From Chiloscyllium plagiosum (lineage: Eukaryota), in the NCBI RefSeq assembly GCF_004010195.1, contig NC_057750.1, positions 2,494,018 through 2,545,841 on the forward strand: a DNA stretch of 51,824 nt, read 5' to 3'. The translations under genes were made by a program, and so were the position numbers. Positions within the stretch are counted from its first letter, which is position 1. The number at the start of each line of letters is the position of its first letter. Positions 49,866-51,824 of the stretch are shown in pieces. The notes under the pieces are model-generated. The model was not told the origin of the DNA. It saw nothing but the letters and a program-made list of their open reading frames with translations, and made no database searches.

Positions 49866-51249
49866 AGGGTTGACCTGCCTTTTTACACAAAAGGGTTAGG
49901 GGACCTTTCCCTGGTGCATTTTTGAAAACTCAGCCAATGGGAAACCACTTGCCAACCAATGAGTACCCAGTTTCTCATGCAGTGTAACTTGTTATTCCCT
50001 TTGGGATTTGGAATTCTTGCTGTATGTCCTGCTGAAAACCGTTGATAGTGTATCTGTTTTCGAAGCAATGCTTGTGAACGCAGGGTACTGTTATTTCACA
50101 GCCGATTGAGAGTTGCAACGCTGAATTGTTATGTTTTCTGATGTGGCTCAGGATAATTGGTTGAATCTGTGATTGGCCAAAGTCAATTTATCAGTCTCCA
50201 TGATACAGGAAACTCTCTTGTGGAGTGTACCAGTTGCTGCTGAATGCACCAAAGCCCACTGTCGAAGGCCATTGCGTGAACCACATCCACGGGCATCCTA
50301 TCGTACGAGAGGAGATTCAATGTTGAGCTGTTTATTTAAAAAAATAAAAGCATTGAGGTCATCCAGATAATTGAAAACAAGGATAAATATTTTAAAGATT
50401 GAGGCAGTACCTAACATGGACCTAGTATGGATTGACAAACACAAGGATGTGGGGTGAATTGGTGCAAGTTAGGACATAGGAAATCAGGATTTGGACATCT
50501 GTAATGGGGAAGGCCATTTAGCCCTTCGAACCTCCTCAATAAGATCACGGTTGATCTTTCTGAAGATCACTTTTCAATCTCATCTCCGCATCCCTCGATT
50601 AACTTTAGGATCTAGGGATCAATTGATTTGTACCATTGATTGAGGATAGAGAATTACTGAGATTCATCAGTCTCTGGGTGAAGACATTCCTACTCATTTG
50701 ATAACCCTTTAATCCTGAGATCATTCATTCAGGTGAACAATTTTGCACATATTTGATATTCCGGAATTGGTTTAATTTGAAAAATTTAAAATAGTTCTGT
50801 GGTCCCAATAAAGACATTTCAAAATCAAAGGCATGTTTTTATTTTTGTCTCCATCAGTCTACAAAAGTAACTCATCGTGTTGGTACAGTTTGCAGTGGTT
50901 TCTGTGTTTTTTTTTATGGTGGTTTTTCTAAGGCAAGAGGGTGCTGGACTGACAAAACATCACGGCAGCGATCAGCTCCAAAAGGTGACGTGAATTCTCC
51001 CCTGAAAGAAATGTTGAGGCCCTGGAAGGGGCAGGATTTGATGGTTGACCAGAGCAATTAGAAAGAAGAAGAAATGGTTACCTGCCCTCACTCCACTTCT
51101 GGGGGAGGTCTGGCCAGTCCTGTTCCAAATGACTAAGTTAGTCCTTCCTACTTGGTGAAAATGTGGCTGAATGAGTTGGCTGTGGGTGACGGTGCACCGG
51201 AGCAGGAGGAAGCTCCAACAACCTTTCATGCAGCTGATAGTCTAACACA

Positions 51250-51580
51250 AACTCTCACTCGCTCACACTGATGTTCATGCACACTTACGCATTTACATAG
51301 ATTCACAATCACCTGCTTATACATTCACACTCTCATACGCACCCATTCAGACACACACAGACTCACACTCTCGCATGTACACACACACATTCTCACACAG
51401 ACACAGACACACACATGCACTCTTGCACATATACACAAGCACTCTCTCACACACACTTTGCACACACATACTCTCACACACACATACGCACACTCATGCT
51501 CGCGCACACATGCTCTCACACATACACATGTTCTTACACACACTCACACTCTCTCTCTCACACTTACACACGCACTCACA
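51250..51580. repeat. Imperfect (CA)n-rich low-complexity tract
   Basis: Directly visible. Confidence 0.9.
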
Positions 51581-51637
51581 TAAATCCTGTCTCACAGAAT
51601 CCTCTCCAATGCTTTGCCAACAGCTGACGTAAGACTC

Positions 51638-51824
51638 TAGATTAGAGTGGTGCTGGAAAAACGCACCAGTTCAGGCAGCGTCCAAGGAGCAGTAAAATCG
51701 ACGTTTTGGGCAAAAGCCCTTCATCAGGAACACAGGCAGAGAGCCTGAAGGGTGGAGAGATAAGCTAGAGGAGGGTGGGGGTGGGGAGAAAGTAGCATAG
51801 AGTACAATAGGTGAGTGGGGGAGG
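51638..51824 (-). mobile_element. Penelope family A 3' end (runs off the window)
   Basis: Near-identical layout to 18865-19060. Confidence 0.8.

Noticed and set aside
1..51824. A second, tandem cytokine paralogue such as IL-21
   Set aside because: Reading the unique islands by eye found no further LYxP, CFxxEL or CxxCE exons. A TBLASTN with the 144-aa protein would be needed to exclude a divergent copy.

Overview
Repeat-dense vertebrate genomic DNA, almost certainly from a shark (elasmobranch). The basis is abundant HE1/V-SINE-type SINEs, CR1 (HER1-like) LINE fragments and Penelope-like elements. Nearly all ORFs in the supplied track come from decayed repeats. Among the repeats is a complete four-coding-exon gene on the + strand (31115-31234, 32391-32441, 35054-35194, 36707-36829; all introns phase 0, GT-AG). 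It encodes a 144-aa secreted four-helix cytokine of the IL-2/IL-15/IL-15L family, most consistent with interleukin-15-like (IL-15L). The ORF track misses it as a gene because the exons are short. Candidate upstream exons, a uORF, an immune-type regulatory cluster and a possible 3'-UTR intron surround it. The second theme is at least three Penelope-like families, each carrying a distinct minimal hammerhead ribozyme motif. They often insert as head-to-head fold-backs with target-site duplications (TSDs), and twice one family sits at the same nucleotide position inside another. Repeat boundaries are approximate (about +/-20 nt). Exon and TSD coordinates were counted by hand.
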